Part shown: in pieces, positions 25,301-38,504 of the stretch
How the letters are laid out: each line of letters opens with the position of its first letter
How positions within the stretch are numbered: the first letter of the stretch is position 1
Assembly: GCA_964016885.1 (NCBI GenBank)
Contig: OZ024740.1
Location: 94,302,001 to 94,366,000, forward strand
Reading direction: 5' to 3'
Length of the DNA: 64,000 nt
Source of the DNA: Eledone cirrhosa
Lineage: Eukaryota
The notes under the pieces: model-generated
What the model was told of the DNA's origin: nothing
The model's database searches: none
What the model saw: the letters and a program-made list of their open reading frames with translations, nothing else
Made by a program: the position numbers and the translations under genes

Positions 25301-27498
25301 GTGGCGCTGCTGGGAAAAGACCCGAACAAGGGGTATGTTTTTGATAATGTCAGGCCCATAAATCCTCCTAAACGCAGAGTTCAAGATTTTGGCCATGGTG
25401 TTAGCAACGAGGTTGGCGCTTGTCGTCAAGGTCTGGTGGGAGAGGCGCAGACATGCTCAATTCCGGACAGATCCATACACGACAACCTCCACCTCATGCG
25501 ATACATAATAGAGAGTGTGGTTAAGGAATCTGGCAAGGGTGGGGCTATGATCAATCTGGATCAATCCAAAGCATTTGATAGGGTTGAACATTGGTATCTG
25601 GTGGCGGTCCTTGAGGCAGCCGGTTTCGGGCCCGTTTTCAGGGGTTGGATCGCAGCAATGTACAGCAATATCTGATCAGTTGTAAGGGTGAATGGTCACC
25701 TGTCTCAACCGTTCAGCATCATGCGCTCAGTCCGCCAGCGTTGTCCCCATTCGTCCCTCTTGTACGTATTGGCTTTCGAGCCGTTACTGCACAAACTGGG
25801 GCGATGAGGGGCGCCCACACAAACTAGGATGCCGGAAATCCGAGTCGGCTTACGCTGACGACGTCACCGTAGTGGTGTCGAGCATCATACACTACAGATG
25901 CTCGGCACCGCTCTCTAGGAATACGAAGCGGTGATAGGAGCAAAGATAAACCAGGAAAAGTCGGTGGGCTTACAGCTCGCCACCTGGAGAGGCAAGCCAT
26001 GCCGTCCGACAGCGTCGTGGTTCGTTGGACCGACGGATCGATTAAATTGCTCGGGGTCTGGTTCGGACCGAACCTCTAGATGGAGAAACACTGGAACGAG
26101 GTGACGAGCAGGGTGGCCTCCATCACCCAGAAATGGGCTGAGAGGAAGCTGTCCCTGAAAGGCCGGGCGGAGGTGGGGAATGCGTACATCGCATCCGTCA
26201 TCCGCTACCCCCTCACCGTCGTCCTTTGCTCCAGCCCAACTCTCACCAAAATGGAGCGCCTCCTCTTCCGCTTTTTGTGGAAGGGACCCGTTCCCATGGT
26301 CAGATGATCCATCTGATGTCAAAAACCGTTGCGTTGAGGAATGGGCATGCCATGGCTGATGATGCGCAAACATGAGCTGAGGCCGCGACATCTCTGGTGC
26401 TTCCTTGATGGTGAACGGGTGTGGTCGCCGTTCGCCAGGCACGTTTTCCCACAGCTCGTCTCCTTGACGGAGCTGCAGTCCTGGGTCAGAAAAAGACCGA
26501 GGGATAGCGCTTGGAAACTGGAATGTCTTCAGGCGCTCACTGCCCTCTCCTAGCTGGGCACCAGTATCGGTGGAACATCCACCTCGGCGTTCTATAGAGG
26601 ACTAGTGGAGGGGAAGAGCGAGGACATTCTCGGAGAGATCCTGGGCGTCGAAGAAGATCAGCTGTTTGCTCTCTTCCGGAGAACTTTCAGCCCGGGGCCT
26701 ATGGATAACTTCCAAAAATCCGTGGTCTACCAGTGCTACCGCGGAGCGCTGCCGGTTCGAAATAAGCTCTACAGGCACGGAAGTGCCGCAGCCGAGCCTG
26801 TCCGAGATGCGCGCAGAGAGACGAAACCGTTGTGCACGCACTCGTTCAGTGCCCGAGCATTTCTGACTTCTGGAGCTATGTCGAACAGTTGCTGTCGCGT
26901 GTGGGACTGATCCGGTTGTCGACTGAGTCCATTGTGCAGATGGTCTCGCCGTCTTCCTTCGAGGAGGAAGGGCAGGCTGTTTTCATCTGCCTGGTGGCCA
27001 TGGCGAAAGAGTTTGTGTGGTGGGCAAGGTTAAAAGGGTTAAAGACAGACACTTTATTCTTCGGTGAATCCCTAATTTACTTTTTCAAGTTTCACTTGAA
27101 GAGGAAAATCAGGGTGGAGAGGCAAGTGCTGCTTTCTAGAAAGTTTGTTGAAAGGTGGGTGAATGTAGCGAGAATGGGCCGAGTGAACGGGACCACTCTG
27201 AATATACGTGTGTAGTTTGAGAGATGTAAACATTGAGAGAGAGCGCTTGCCCTGGTAGTCAGGGTGGTCGTGGTCTTTTGTGTGGTTTTTGCCACAAGTA
27301 ACCCTCGGAGGTTTACCCCCTATTGGGGAATTTTTCATTGTTTCAATTTTCATTTTATTGTTTATATATGTTTTATGTCCTTTTTCTTTTCTTATATAAA
27401 CAATAAACATTTTTACACGCACAAAACCCACATCGTACCGTCCTGTTCCGTCTGTGATGTTTTTCTTGATGTCAGCCCTTGTGGCCAATAAAGAAATC
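22391..27498 (+). mobile_element. L1/Tx1-clade LINE copy 2, 5'-truncated in ORF1, ORF2 span complete but disrupted
   Basis: CYLCGSKGHLRDFC knuckle, APE motifs, DQSKAFD, YADD (~25851), KLSLKGRA, C-terminal zinc finger; ends cccttgtggccAATAAAgaaat(catt)(att)n. Confidence 0.92.
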
Positions 27499-27524
27499 AT
27501 TATTATTATTATTATTATTATTAT

Positions 27525-29255
27525 TGTTGTTATTCCTTGAATCTCAGTCATTGATGTTGGTTAACTGGAAAGTCCGTTGGATTGAATATCAAGCCACTAC
27601 CTGCAGCCTCAGATATTCAGGACGTATCGGAGGGTTCTTGCTGTTCCAAGCAATCATGCCTTTTGAAGCGTTCCAAAAAGCGTGAAGGGGCCGATTTTCT
27701 TTAACCATCCCTGGAAACTTTTGGAGATAGTCCCCAGTGCGCCTATGACAATCGGGATCACTTTGACTTCATGGCAGTTCCAAATCCTTTTCACCTCCCA
27801 CTTTAGGTCCTGGTATCGGTTAATTTTCTCCCTCTCCTTCTCTTGCACTCTCGTGTCGAATGGGCAGGCCACATCCACAATCAGACACGATCTTCTTTCT
27901 TTGTCCACAACCACCAGGTCAGGTCTATTGTGTTCCAGTTTTTTGTCCGTCTGTATCCTAAAATCCCACAGCACCTTCACCTGATTGTTCTCCATCACCG
28001 CCTCTGGCCTATGCTCATACCATTTCTCAGAATGTGGTAAATTGTTTACTTTGCACAGGTGCCAGTGGATCACCCTGCCCATCACATCGTGTCTCCAGCC
28101 CTTATAGTGGGTCTGGGCTAGGTGTTTACACTCGTACACAATGTGATCCACAGTCTCCTCTCTCTCTCCACAGATCCTGAAAAGTGTGCTAGCCTCCTCC
28201 TTGTAGATATGGTGCTTCAACCACTTCGTTTTGAGGGCCTGCTCCTGCGCAGCCATTAGCATTCCTTCTGTAGCCTTTTTGAGCTCTCCTCTTCTCAACC
28301 AGTTCCATGTCTGTGGATCTCTAAATTCAGTTTTCTCAAAGAAGGTACTATGAAGGGATTTTCCCTTAAGGCTGCTCTTCCTCCTTGATGTTATTTCCTC
28401 CTTGGACATCCCCTGGCCTACTGTCCCCTCCTTCAGTACAGCTTTGAGCATTGGCTCCTTACTATAGGTCACGTATTTGTATAGGTTGTTTTTCTCCATC
28501 TGAACATAGTCCTCTATGCTGATAAGACCTCTTCCACCCTCAGATCTCCTTAGGTAGAGTCTATCGACATCACTCCTCTTGTGGAACATGTTGTAGATAG
28601 TCAATAGCTTCCTAGTCTTCCTATCCATTTCTTTTTGTTCAGCAACATTCCATCTCAGAATTCCCGCACTGTACCTAATAATAGACACAGCTCGGGAATT
28701 TACTGCGCTTATGGCATTTCTGCTGTTCAGATGTGACTTCAATACGCTCCTTACTCTCCGAATGTATTCAGTTCTTAACAAATCCTTCATTTTTTTGTTC
28801 TTTATGCCATCAGCCTCCAGAACGCCCAAATACTTGTATCCTTCCTCAGAGTCAATTTCCTTTATCATCTCACCTGTTGGTATCTGGATCCCGTTACTTC
28901 TGCTCAACCTACCCCTCTTCATCACAATGACTCCACATTTACCAATACCAAACTGCATACATATATCACTGCTGAAAATACGGACAGTGTCAACAAGCAC
29001 ATCCAACTCCTTCTCACTTTTCCCGAAGAGCTTAAGATCGTCCATGCAGAGGAGGTGATTGATGGTAAGCTCTCCTCTTCCCAACTTGTATCCTGCTCTC
29101 ACTTTTCGCAGCATAATGGTCAAGGGCATCAGGGCACGGACAAACAACAGAGGGGACAGGCTATCTCCCTGGAAGATACCTCTCTTGATCTTCACGCTTC
29201 CCAAGGATACTCCAGTTGATGTCAACTCTGTCTCCCAGGACCCCATACTCCTGCC

Positions 29256-29256
<1 letters not shown>
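27525..29256 (-). mobile_element. 5'-truncated Dong family B copy (RT 3' half, CCHC, RLE)
   Basis: Open frame nearly identical to the C-terminal half of the 7721-10789 protein; (TAA)n on both sides. Confidence 0.95.
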
Positions 29257-29298
<42 letters not shown>

Positions 29299-29493
29299 GT
29301 TATTGTTATTCCTTGAATCTCAGTCATTGATGTTGGTTAACTGGAAATTCCGTTGGATTGAATATCAAGCCACTACCTGCAGCCTCAGATATTCAGGACG
29401 TATCGGAGGGTTCTTGCCGTTCCAAGCAAGCATGCCTTTTGAAGCGTTCCAAAAAGCGTGAAGGGGCCGATTTTCTTTAACCATCCCTGGAAA
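29299..29493 (-). mobile_element. Short 5'-truncated Dong family B copy
   Basis: 3'UTR plus the last codons, between (TAA)n tracts. Confidence 0.92.
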
Positions 29494-29495
29494 CC

Positions 29496-29497
<2 letters not shown>

Positions 29498-29526
<29 letters not shown>

Positions 29527-29632
29527 TCTTCTTCTTCTTCTTCTTCTTCTTCTTCTTCTTCTTCTTCTTCTTCTTCTTCTTCTTCTTCTTCTTCTTCTTC
29601 TTCTTCTTCTTCTTCTTCTTCTTCTTCTTCTT

Positions 29633-29663
<31 letters not shown>

Positions 29664-29720
29664 TTCTTCTTCTTCTTCTTCTTCTTCTTCTTCTTCTTCT
29701 TCTTTTCTTCTTCTTCTTCT
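29498..29720. repeat. (TTA)n(TTC)n microsatellite
   Basis: Direct observation. Confidence 0.97.
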
Positions 29721-32700
29721 GTGAAGACGTTACATGTCTGCGTGAGAAAAGGTTCGTAATTTATGTTGTTTTAAAGTATTACTTCCTGTTTTTTCTTGTT
29801 GATAACGGAGCATAACATGCCAACATTGTCTCTGATGAGGCGAGACCTTTCAATAGAGGGGTTTAGGCTGAATATTCGGATTCATTTACAAAAAGATTTG
29901 CCAAAAATCACGCGTAAAGAAGAAAATAAAACGGAATGAATTCGACCTTGAAACGTTAACAACTTACAGTTCAAAAGGTCAAACACAGCCGCTGCAGCTA
30001 CCACCACTACTACTATTACTACCACAGACATGTGTTATATGTCCGTCGTCAACGCTGCTGAATGTGAAAGGATGACACAAGTGATGGGGATGGTTAACAA
30101 CAATGTATCACCTCCAAATGGCGTCATCACCTCTGCTGTTACCACCACAACAACAACAACCAAATAAAACGACAACATCAACAGCCTCAATATAAAAACT
30201 AATAACGGTAGCAGTAGCAACAACATACAAACAACAAGAACTACAATAACAGCAAGAAAGTCAACACCAACAACAAAAGCAACACTGAAAGCAGCAACAA
30301 ACTGAACGGCTACGCCACATTCGCGGCGGCGGCTTCGGCGAAAACAAAATGTCTTTAACTTTGACATATGTGATCAAGAGTGAAGGTTGGCCCAGGCGTG
30401 GAAATCAATTGAACGCTAGAAGTCCTGGGCCAACATAACCATCACGAACGAGGCAATAGCGGCTATACAACGGCGGACTCTATACTTTCGAAGCATTTCG
30501 CTGCAGACTCGCAAGGATGTCGCCAGCCAGGCAGAAGTCGAGGCTACTTTCGAGTGCACGAACAGTGATATGCAAAAGCGAAGCAGTTATGTACTATCTC
30601 GGTACGATACAAAACTGAGGTCCATGCTATTGAGCATTCCATGACCCCCTGCAGAACAGGATGAATTATTATGCACCCGTCCTAAATGGGCAAGAGGACA
30701 GCACAGGTCTGCATTCGTAGTATCCCACCAGGAATGAACATATGGTGGCTCCTAGGATGCGTAATCGAGGAGAGCACAGACACTACCCTTGTAGATATTA
30801 AAAACACTGACAGACAGGGCTGCTCCGGGATGGATTTGGAAATTATTCTCAAAATAAAACCAGGAAACCTCAACAACATCCCGGAACAATGATTCAGTTA
30901 ATCACTAAGCGAAAAAGCCGCATTCTTTCGTCTGCGGGGAAGCAACGCATCTGCTAGCCTTCTGCCTCAGCTCAAAATTACAGGGGGCAGAAACATCCTT
31001 TGCTGCCAACGCTAGTGTCCACACGGAAAAAACACCCCAACCTCGACCACCAACAACACCAACCACACTGACACCGGCAGACTCACCAACAGCAAAAACA
31101 GTGGAATCACCACTAGCACCCAACCAACCCAAGAGGAAAACGAGGAAATCTAGGAAAGCGCTCTCGTTCCCCCTAACCCTGAACATATACACATCGACAA
31201 AACCATAAACGCAAACACCGAAACATACACTCACAGCCATATACCGTCTGTCTTCCAGTTGTGAAGATGAGGGAAGACCCAAATGTGCCAAAAACGCAAA
31301 TGAGAAAATACATAAAGATAAAAGTCCCCACAAAGCACAAAAATAACCACAACACAAATAGAGACACCAACAACGCAAACGCTACCTCAAAAGCACCAAC
31401 CCCGACATCCCCACCATCCCCACCCTCCCCTAAACGCAAACAACATAGACAGACACAGGAACAAATAAACACACATACACCGGACATTGCAGACACCACA
31501 CCTACAACAAACACAGCCATAAATGAAACAACACCAACAAAACCATTACCCCGACAGCCACCGAAACAAAAACAAATAAAACCGCATCAACAAAACATAA
31601 ACAAATTCGTGCTTGTCAGAAGGGCCAATGAGAAACCGATGGCCCTGTTAGCACGAAGCGAAGATATTCAAATAGAGGCGAGATTTTTGAATTGGGCACA
31701 TTTTGCGTAGCAGAAAATTTGTTTAAGGTGCGAATGTCAAAAGGATTTCGAGAGAGCTTTCCTCAGGATGTGGGAACCCGGAAAATGAAACCCACATAGA
31801 GACATTTAAAGGGGTTCCGAAGAGAAGCTCCATCAACCATGGAGGTCGAACCACCCGACCTTCACAAGACCCCTGGATGTATGTAAACCTTCCCTCTCTC
31901 TTTTAGCTTTCCGACATGCCATATTAAGAGAACTCAGGTCTCAGGAAATGGATGTAATTGCCATCAGCGAGGACAGGAATTCCGACACGTGCGCACTAGT
32001 CCCCATTTTCGACGACTATCGGATCTTCGCATCTTTTAGTCGACCAGGAATGGAGGGTGTGGTAGCAGTGCTGTTCAGGAAAGGGCTGTATGTCGAGATA
32101 CGGTCGATCTCCCGGGAATCGGACGGTAAGTTGTTCGTCCTCGATGTGAACAATAGCGAGGGTGGTGCCTTTAGACTGGTGGCCGTCTATGCCCCTACCG
32201 GGTTCGGACGGTTGGACTTCTTTAGGCGCCTGGAAGACTTTCTGGGTACATATAGCGCATTACTGTTAGCGGAGGACTGGAACGGCATCTTAGACGCACG
32301 CTGGGATTCTGTGGGAGTAGCTGATAGGACCGGGGTTGTAAAAGCCTCAAGTACCTGATCAGCCAGTCCCAACTCTCTGGCAGGTACCGACTAGATTTCC
32401 CGAATGCACCATTGAGGATGTGGACCACCCTCATAGGGCCATCAGTATCTTATATAGACAGGATATTCTCTAGGAAAATAGATAGAAATAGTGTAGGCTG
32501 GCCACCTTTTAAAACGGTCACCTATTCAGATCACAAGTTTGTGATCTGTATGGCTGACGTATGTTAATCGCACAGGTTAGGACCTGGTTACTGGAAGCTG
32601 ACAATGTCGTTTCCGGCACGTACAGTTTCCAGGGACAGGGTCAAAACTTTATTTAAGCAAAAGTTGACATGGTGTATTGTCAACAGATGGTGTGGTGATC

Positions 32701-35092
32701 TTAAAAGAGAGATTAGAGGAATTTCGATAGAAGTAGCGTGAGAGGAAAATAGAAATGAGGGGGCGCTGGTGAATATTTAGATGAGACTATTTATCCTGCC
32801 ATTGTAACTGACATGCTAGCGGCGAGAATGGCATTAGACGATTTCTTCAATGCGAAACACTAAGATTGCATTTTCAGAGCTAAGGCGCGAGGTCAGAGAA
32901 ACGAGGGAACCAAAGTTGATAGATGAAATCACGTGGCGGTCGCGCAGCGTGGTAATAAAACAACAATTCGGTTTTGACGGACAGAGCCGGATACGAATTG
33001 AGCGATTTTAGGCGGATGTGTGAGGTCTTTCACCTGCAATTTGCTCGGTTGTTCGATGGAAGTAGCTGGTCAGAGATGGTGGCGGACTTCAGTCCCTACC
33101 TCGATGGCTTGCCAAAACTCTCCCCGACCGACGCTGAGCACTGCGAAAGGCCGATCTCTTCAGCTGAAATTCAGGATGCCCTTGACGGCTGCACGAGACG
33201 CAAGTCACCCAGTTTGGATGGTCTGCCCTACGAGCTTTACTTAAATATGCTAGACTTGTTCTCTGATCTCGAAGAGTTCTACTGCAACTGGCAGCAGAAC
33301 GAAAATGTTCCTAGTTCTGTGAGCCGGGGCGTAATGACGCTGATAATGAAAGACAAGAACAAGAGGGGCACACTAGATAATTTCAGGCCCATAACTCTGC
33401 TTAATACAGAGTTTAAGATTCTGGTCAAGGGTTTAGCGAAGAGGTTGTTGCTTGTCATCGAGGATTTGTCTGGGGAGGCGCAAACTTGTTTAATCCCGAC
33501 CAGGTCCATACACGACAACTTCCACCTGATGGGATACATCATAGAGGGGGAGGCTGTAAACCAGGCTTCGGTGGGGCTCTGATCAGACGAAAACAATCGA
33601 TAGGCTCGACCACATGTACCTGGAAGCTGTCCTCAAGGCATTTTGCTTCGGGCACGTCTTCATAAGCTGGATCGCTACAAGGAACAGTTGCATCTCCACG
33701 GTGGTCAAAATTAATGGTCACCTCTCGGAACCGTTTCAGAACTCCCGATCAGTCCATTAAGAGTGCCATCTCTCCTCCGTTATGTATGTATTGATTCTCA
33801 AGCTTTTACTGCGGCAGCTGGAACTGTTGCAGTTCATCCCGCTCGAACCGAGACGCGGAAATTCTGTGTCGGTTTATGCGGACGACATCACCGTGATGGT
33901 GCCGGACACGTCAGCAATCAAGATGGTTGGCAATTTATTGGATGAATATGAAAGGTTGACAGGAGCGAAACTTAACAGGGTAAAGTCGGTGGGCTTGCAA
34001 CTCGGCACCTGAACTGGCAAGTCAATGTCTTCCAACAGCATCGTTGGGCGCTAGACGGATGACTGTAATGTTGCTCGGGGTGTTTTGGGGCGAGACCTCC
34101 AGTGGGATAAGAATTGGGACGAGGTGACAGGCAGGGTAGCCAGTCTCTCCCAGTAATTGGCGCGGGGAACTATCACTGAAAGGTCGAGTGGAGGTGGCGA
34201 TCGCGTCCGTCATATACGACCGCTTGACCTTCGTCCCTTGTCCCAGTCCGCTCCTCACCAACCTGCAACGGCTCCTCTTCAATTTCTTGTGGACGAGAGA
34301 GGTTCTGTTGTTGAGGTGGTCCATCTGCTGCCAGCACCATCTGCATGGGGTGCTTGGCATTTAATGGCTATGACACGCAAACTTGCGCTGACGCTGCGGA
34401 ATCTCAAGATATTATGTCTAAACGGTGAACTAGTGTAGTCGACGTTTGTCAGACCGGCCTTTCCACAGATCGTTTCGTTGACTGAACTGTAATGCTTTGT
34501 CAAGAAGAGACCGATACAGGGTGAATGGCATCTGGAATATTGCCCTCTGCTGGGTGGTCAATGTGGGCCCGCCGCCTGCTTTTGGCCAGAAAGGGCAGGC
34601 AATTTTCCTCTGTCTGTTGGCAGTAGCGTAAGAGGTTGTATGGTGGACCAGATTGAAAGGAATGAAGACATACAAGTTTCCTTTCGGCCAATCCATCATC
34701 ACCTGTTTTCAAATTTCACATGGAAAGGGTGCTGCTGGTAGAGAGAGAAGAGCTTCCCCCAAGCAGTACATTTGCTGAAAGGTGGGTGAATATGGCGATA
34801 ATGGCCCGTTTAAGTGGGCCTACTCTGATCATGCGCCTGTAGGCTGGTAAATTTGAGGAGGAGAGGAGTGCCCTTCCACGGTGCCCTCGAAGCGTCGGTT
34901 GGTTCTGGATTGTTTGCGTCCCTGAATCAACACTGGTGGTTAACCCTCCTATTAGGGAATTTTCATTGTTCTATTTTTCTTCTTTATTGTTATTGGTTTC
35001 CTATTTTTTACTCGATTTTTCTGTAAAACCTCCATTGTCACCATCGATTATATCATCCCCTATATTTCGCCCCTTGTGGCCAATAAATGAAA
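29721..35092 (+). mobile_element. L1/Tx1-clade LINE copy 3, divergent family, roughly full length, heavily decayed
   Basis: ORF1 remnants (SIPPG..WLLG, CGEATHLLAFC), APE (ISED, VYAP, DWNG), RT (LDGLPYELY, NFRPITLLN, YADD ~33874); ends cccttgtggccAATAAA..(att)n. Confidence 0.88.
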
Positions 35093-35104
35093 TTATTATT
35101 ATTG

Positions 35105-35335
35105 TTATTGCAGTATCGGTAGATGGTCCGAGGCTCTGCTTTGCAGCTTCGAGATACGGCCCTTTTCCGCCTGAGTTCAAATGTTGCTGCTGTTAACTTG
35201 CCGAGGTTACCTTTGCCTTTCATCCTTACGGGGTCGATAAAATAAATCACAAGTAACGTGTTGAGATCGATCTAATCGACTTTGCCATCCCCTCTAAATT
35301 ATTGACCTTGTGCCTATACTAGAAATCATCATTAT
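35105..35335 (+). mobile_element. tRNA-derived SINE (octopus-type)
   Basis: A-box-like gcagtatcggtag, B-box GAGTTCAAAT, core cctttcatcc..gggtcgataaaataa, tail ccttgtgcc..agaaat. Confidence 0.8.
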
Positions 35336-35339
35336 TGTT

Positions 35340-35530
35340 GTCGGTGGATTGGCAGTATCGTTAGAGGGATGGACGTCATGCTTTACAGCATGGCGTTACG
35401 GGCCTTTACGATCTGAGTTCAAATCCCGCCGAGGTTTACTTTGCCATTCATCCTTTCGGCTCGATAAAATAAAGTACCAGTAATCCACTGGGATAATTGC
35501 TGGCCTTGTGCCAAAATTAGAAACAACTAT
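35340..35530 (+). mobile_element. tRNA-derived SINE, second tandem copy
   Basis: tggcagtatcgttag, GAGTTCAAATCCC, gtaccag, ggccttgtgccaaaattagaaac. Confidence 0.85.
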
Positions 35531-35544
35531 TGTTGTTGTTGTTT

Positions 35545-36632
35545 CTTCGCTTAGCCTCTTGAGATGTATTACAGTGTTAGCTGTTCAATAACTGTAAACT
35601 GACGTAACCCTTATTTTTCGATTACCCTCTAGAATATTCAAATTGTTCTAAGCAATGCTGTTTGTGTAAGTGTTCTATTCGTATTGCAATACTTATTTGC
35701 TTAATGTACTTTTGAAGATCTTTACTCATTCTACCTAAGACTCATTTTCACTAATTGTTCTTTCTTTTTTACATACATAGTTATCAGCCGAAGAGGCTAT
35801 ATTTATGACAGCAATCTGCTTGCTTTCGTAATTGATGCAATACCTGGCCCTTTCTACTTAATCTCCTTGTCACACTGTATATTTGCATTATAATTTTCGA
35901 AAACGCTCTCAGGTTTATATTCGTAGAATCGTTCTGCTCTGTCAAGTTCATATTTACTATAAATTGCCCAATGGATTTTCATTGCTCTGTTGTCGTGATG
36001 TCTCTTATCTTTTTTTCTGAGCTACTAGTAATTAAAGGTTAATATGCCATACATCTGTTTCCATTCATGCCCCAAATTCTACACTTAACTCTTTGTCTTT
36101 GTGTTCTACTCTATATTTAGTGCAGTTAGTTCTGAGGCTTCTGTTTCCGTTTTTAGTTCATTTTATCCATCCATAACCACCATTTTTCTCTGTTAGACTG
36201 ATCTTCAACATCTCTATGTAATTGTCCATACATACATTTTACCTAACTATTTACTGTCAGTTTCACCCATTTTTTAAATGTTTGTATATTGTTTTTTCTT
36301 TGCAATTTTCTATGTTGCACAGCACTGAGCTACTTACTTCCAGCAACAGTGGTTCTGTTGTGTTTTTTATGTAGCACACCATCTTAGTTTCTTCTCCTCT
36401 AATGCGGTCGGCGCCCATCATCAGTCCGATTCCTTCTCTTTTTGTTTGTTACATATAATGTGATTCTGTCTCTCTTGAGGTTAAATAACCAATATCTAGT
36501 CAACACAATTTCTTGTCTTTGGGTCTAAAATATTTAGCTCTTCCTCTGCCCACATGATCAGACGCGCCCCATAGCTAATGAGTGCTACCACTCATCTATT
36601 GATGACTTCTATCTATTTCCTTTCATTCAGTT
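35545..36632 (-). mobile_element. Old, highly decayed R4/Dong 3' fragment (third lineage)
   Basis: Minus-strand remnants KLN..IEVIN..LISYGA..W..EL..LDPKTR, HDNRAMKIHWAI and RPGI; (TAA)n at the 5' junction (~36633). Confidence 0.6.
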
Positions 36633-36654
36633 TTATTATTATTATTATGATATT

Positions 36655-38165
36655 TTCTTGGAACGACCCGCACTTTAGTGGTAGTGGGCAACTAGAACGG
36701 GATCTTAGATGCACGCTGGGACTGTGTGGGCCTAGCGGATACGGGAGTAGGTTGTAAAAGTCTCGCAAAACTACTCAGACGTTTTCGACTGTCTGGTAGG
36801 TACCGTTTGAATTTCCCGAATGTGCCAATGTGGACTTCGACACACCGCATCGAGTCATTCAAGTCATATCTAGATATATTACTTTCTAGGAAAATTGATA
36901 GGTCTAACATAGGCTGTCCGCAATTCAACATAGTCGACTACACGGACCTCAAATTCGTAATCTGTGTGGTTGAGTTAGATAGGCTTCATAGACAGGGACC
37001 CGGCTAAACGCGTTTTTAGCAGCGAGCAAGTTCTACAGAGACCGGATTAGCGAACTAGTTAAGCGGGCGTTGGCGGGGGCCATCGTCAAAAACAAAGGGT
37101 GGGTTGCACAGAAAAGAGCGATTAGAATAGAGTCAATTAGGTTTAGTAAGTTTTTAGCAATAGAGAAAAATAGAGCAGAGGGAGAAGTAGTAAAGGCATC
37201 GCGACCGACGTGCTTGCGGTGAAATTGGCCAGTGACCAATTCTTCAATGCAAAGCACGAAGGTTGCGTTGTCAGAGCTAGATTGCATCCTCTCAGACACG
37301 AGGGGACGAAAGAAGTTCAATGGGCCCGAGGGGTGGATGCGCGTCGTGGTATCAAAGCCTCGCTCCGGTCTTTGGTGGACCACGACGAGCGCATGTTACT
37401 CGAACCCGGGGAAATCTGTGAAGCTTTTCACCGACACTTCGCTCAGCTGTTCGGTGGCAGCGGCGGACCGTATCGTGGGGTGGACTTTAGTGCCTACCTC
37501 GATGGAATGCCGCAGCTCTCGGCCACTGTTGCGAAGAGTCGATAGCAGCCGCTGAAGTACGGCACTTCACTAAGAGTATACGAGGCGGTGACAGGAGAAA
37601 TGATCAACCAGGAAAAGTCGGTGGGCCTGCAGCTCGGCACATGGAGAGGGAGATCCATACCGTCAAACAGCGTCATCGGGCCTGGACGGACCGGTTAAAT
37701 TGCTAGGGTCTGGTTCGGACCGGAACTCCAGACGGGCGAAAACTGGGACGAGGTGACGAGCAGTGTCGCTTCTCTCATCCAGAAATAGGAAGAGAGGAAG
37801 CTATCCTTGAAAGGTTGAGCGGAGGTGGCGAATGGTTACATCGCATCCGTCATATACTACCGTCTGACCGTCGTGCCTTGTCCTAAGCCTCGCTTGACTG
37901 CGCTGGAGCCTTTATATTTTGCTTTTTGTGGAAGTGACGGGCTGCGATGGTCAGGTTGAACATCCGCTCTCAACACCCGCTACGTAGAGGGCTGGGATTG
38001 CCGTGGCTGACGATGCGCAGACACGCGCTCAGGCTACGATAGCTCCACCTCTTCCTCGACGGTGATCAGGTGTGGTCGCCGTTTGCTAGACGCTTCCTTC
38101 CCCAGCTCGTCTCCTTGACGGAGCTGCAGTCCAGGGTCAAGAGAAGACCGAGAGGGGGCGCTTGA
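36655..38165 (+). mobile_element. Tx1 internal fragment (APE to RT C-terminus, with large deletion at ~37550)
   Basis: Homologous to ~16010-16920 and ~25905-26515. Confidence 0.85.
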
Positions 38166-38169
38166 TTTG

Positions 38170-38490
38170 GCAGGTATTGTTCACTTGCCAATTTTTCTGT
38201 AGAAGACTCTTTGGTTGTTTTTGAACATATTATTGTCCTTATAGAATATAGATCTTTTTTCAAAGCGCCTTATACCAGCAGCTGTGGCCGACACCTTTTG
38301 CCTGATTGTTTCTACCAGCATGTCACTTGATATTATACTGTATTTTCTTTTCAATTGTTTAACATGTCCACCTAATTTGTAGTTTGTTAACAATTCTATG
38401 TCAGATCGGAGAAGGTTTATTTGTCGATTGATGTTCTCTTGCCAAGGACGTTTCTTCTGGGAATTCCTTCCTTTTTTTTTCATTTTCAAG
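38170..38490 (-). mobile_element. Internal fragment of Dong family A
   Basis: WQENINRQINLLRSDI..IRRFEKRS..KNNQR matches ~4920-5250. Confidence 0.88.
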
Positions 38491-38504
38491 AGACACCCAA
38501 CTAC

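Noticed and set aside
7634-27498. Dong+Tx1 pair as a recent segmental tandem duplication
   Set aside because: Successive pairs belong to different subfamilies and have different junctions and truncations, favouring independent insertions.
27654-29327. 557-aa ORF with poly-Ile N-terminus as a novel protein
   Set aside because: Chance in-frame read-through from the 3'UTR of one truncated copy through (ATA)n into the next.
35105-35530. tRNA genes suggested by A/B boxes
   Set aside because: No cloverleaf; these are SINE heads.
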